Of a DNA stretch of 64,000 bases, positions 62,565-64,000 are shown in pieces. A program made the position numbers and the translations under genes. The stretch's first letter is position 1. Every line of letters begins with the position of its first letter. The notes under the pieces were generated by a model. It ran no database searches and was not told the DNA's origin. It saw only the letters and a list, made by a program, of their open reading frames with translations. Origin of the DNA: Octopus sinensis. Its lineage: Eukaryota. The stretch spans positions 7,130,001 to 7,194,000 of the forward strand of contig NC_043010.1 of assembly GCF_006345805.1 (NCBI RefSeq), in the 5' to 3' direction.

Positions 62565-62780
62565 TAAAGTTAATCCAAACAAGAAAACACAAAAAAAAAA
62601 CAAAAAAACGCAACGCGAGGACGTGGAACAAATAAAGTATTATTGGACGCTCAGGAAAGAAGGAAAGAAGGAGGGTTTAACGTTTCGAGCGGAGCTCTTC
62701 GTTGGAAACAGAGGAGAAGGAAAGGTCCTGAGAAGGGAAGACAGAGGAAAGAAATCGTCAGCGGTACTCACGAGGTCATA
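62565..62780 (-). mobile_element. Penelope pLTR-like relic with HHR-like motif at 62675-62709
   Basis: Minus strand GUUU-CCAACGA-A-GAGC(UCC)GCUC-GAAAC-GUU-AAAC. Confidence 0.55.
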
Positions 62781-62809
62781 TATATATATATACATACATG
62801 TATGGGTAT

Positions 62810-63893
62810 CATCATAATCATCATTATCATTTAACGTCCTTTTTTCATGCTAGCATGGGTTGGACGGTTCGACTGAGGTCTGGGAAGCCAGGAAGCTGCA
62901 CCAGACTCCAGTCTTATCTGGCAATGTCTCTACAGCTGGATGCCCTTCCTAATGCTAACCACTCCATGAGTGTAGTGGGTGCTTTTTACGAGTCACCAGC
63001 ACAGGGGCCAGAGGAGGCCGGCAACAGCAATAATCAGTTGGTGCTTTTTATGTGCCACCAGTACAGAAGCCAGTCAAGATGGCACTGGCATTGGCCATGT
63101 TTGGATGGTGCTTCTTACGTGCCACTGGCACGGTTATCACAACTACAATTTCCATTTGATTTTCAGTTTGACATTGATGTACTTGACTCAATAGGTCTCC
63201 TCAAGCACAGCTGGTTGCCCTATGATCCATGGTACTTTTGAATGGGCTGGGCCTGGTTATACGAAATTGATGAAGGATACAGCCATGAACTCACTTTATT
63301 TGCTGGGTCTTCGCAGTCACAGCATATCTCCAGAGGTCTCAGTCTTTCGTCAATGCCTCTGTGAGGCCCAACGTTTGAAGGTCATGCTTGACCACCTCAT
63401 CCCATGTCTTTCTGGATCTGGCACTACTCTGGATTCCTTCAACTGTTTAGGAGTGGCACTTCTTCACACACCTCTCCTCATCCATCCATAGTACATAACC
63501 ATACCAGCACAAACATCTCTTGCACACCACATCCTATGCTTCTTATGTCCAACATTTCTCTCAGGGTGCTTACACTCTGTCGTGTGTGCACACTGACATT
63601 ACACATCCAGCGGATCATGCTAGCTTCATTTCTTTCAAGCCTACACATGTCCTTCAGCAGTCACAGCCCATGTTTCACTGCCATGAAGCATGACAGTTTG
63701 CACACATGCATCATGCAATCTACCTTTCACTCTGAGCGAGAGGCCCTTTGTCACCACTAGAGGTAGAAGCTGTCTGAACTTTCCCAGGCAATTCTTATTT
63801 TAGTGGTAATGCTCTCTGAGCCTCCACACACACAATTAACTTGGTCACTTAGGTAGCGGAAGCTATCAATTACTTCTGGTTTCTACTCCTGGA
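62810..63893 (-). mobile_element. Third long RTE LINE 3' fragment
   Basis: Colinear with 38420-39560; (cat)n tail; RT C-terminal coding remnants. Confidence 0.9.
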
Positions 63894-63899
63894 GTATAC

Positions 63900-64000
63900 A
63901 TACATCACCGTGATCACCATGACCGACCAGGTTATCAGATGTTGCTACACATCGCTGGTCACAATGCGCTTCACATTGTTTTAGCCTTCAACTGGCGCCA
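63900..64000 (-). mobile_element. 3' end of SINE family D, running off the window
   Basis: atcagatgttgctacacatcgctggtcacaatgcgcttcacattgttttagccttcaa matches 16065-16125. Confidence 0.8.

Overview
Eukaryotic, very AT-rich and microsatellite-saturated DNA. The SINE/LINE repertoire and the (TA)n/(CATA)n/(GATA)n load point to an Octopus (coleoid cephalopod) genome; this is an inference from repeat families. There are no prokaryotic features, rRNA, true tRNA or CRISPR. Almost all ORFs in the track are microsatellite or transposon artefacts. Recognisable content: many copies of several tRNA-derived SINE families; decayed RTE-clade and CR1-clade LINEs; a Ty3/Gypsy integrase with PPT and 3' LTR; a deleted DD37D (maT) mariner; hAT and piggyBac MITEs; probable Tigger and Academ relics; and a few candidate host exons. 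The best exon candidate is a minus-strand terminal coding exon at 61693-61973. The most interesting signal is a set of non-coding, (TA)n-inserted palindromic or inverted-repeat elements from several unrelated families that carry minimal type I hammerhead-ribozyme (HHR) folds. One has a fully canonical core (12259-12322). Three show the compensatory U3-A8 core pair, and three show a U4C-type core. This suggests a family-rich system of non-autonomous Penelope-like, ribozyme-bearing fold-back elements. All folds were read by eye and are untested.
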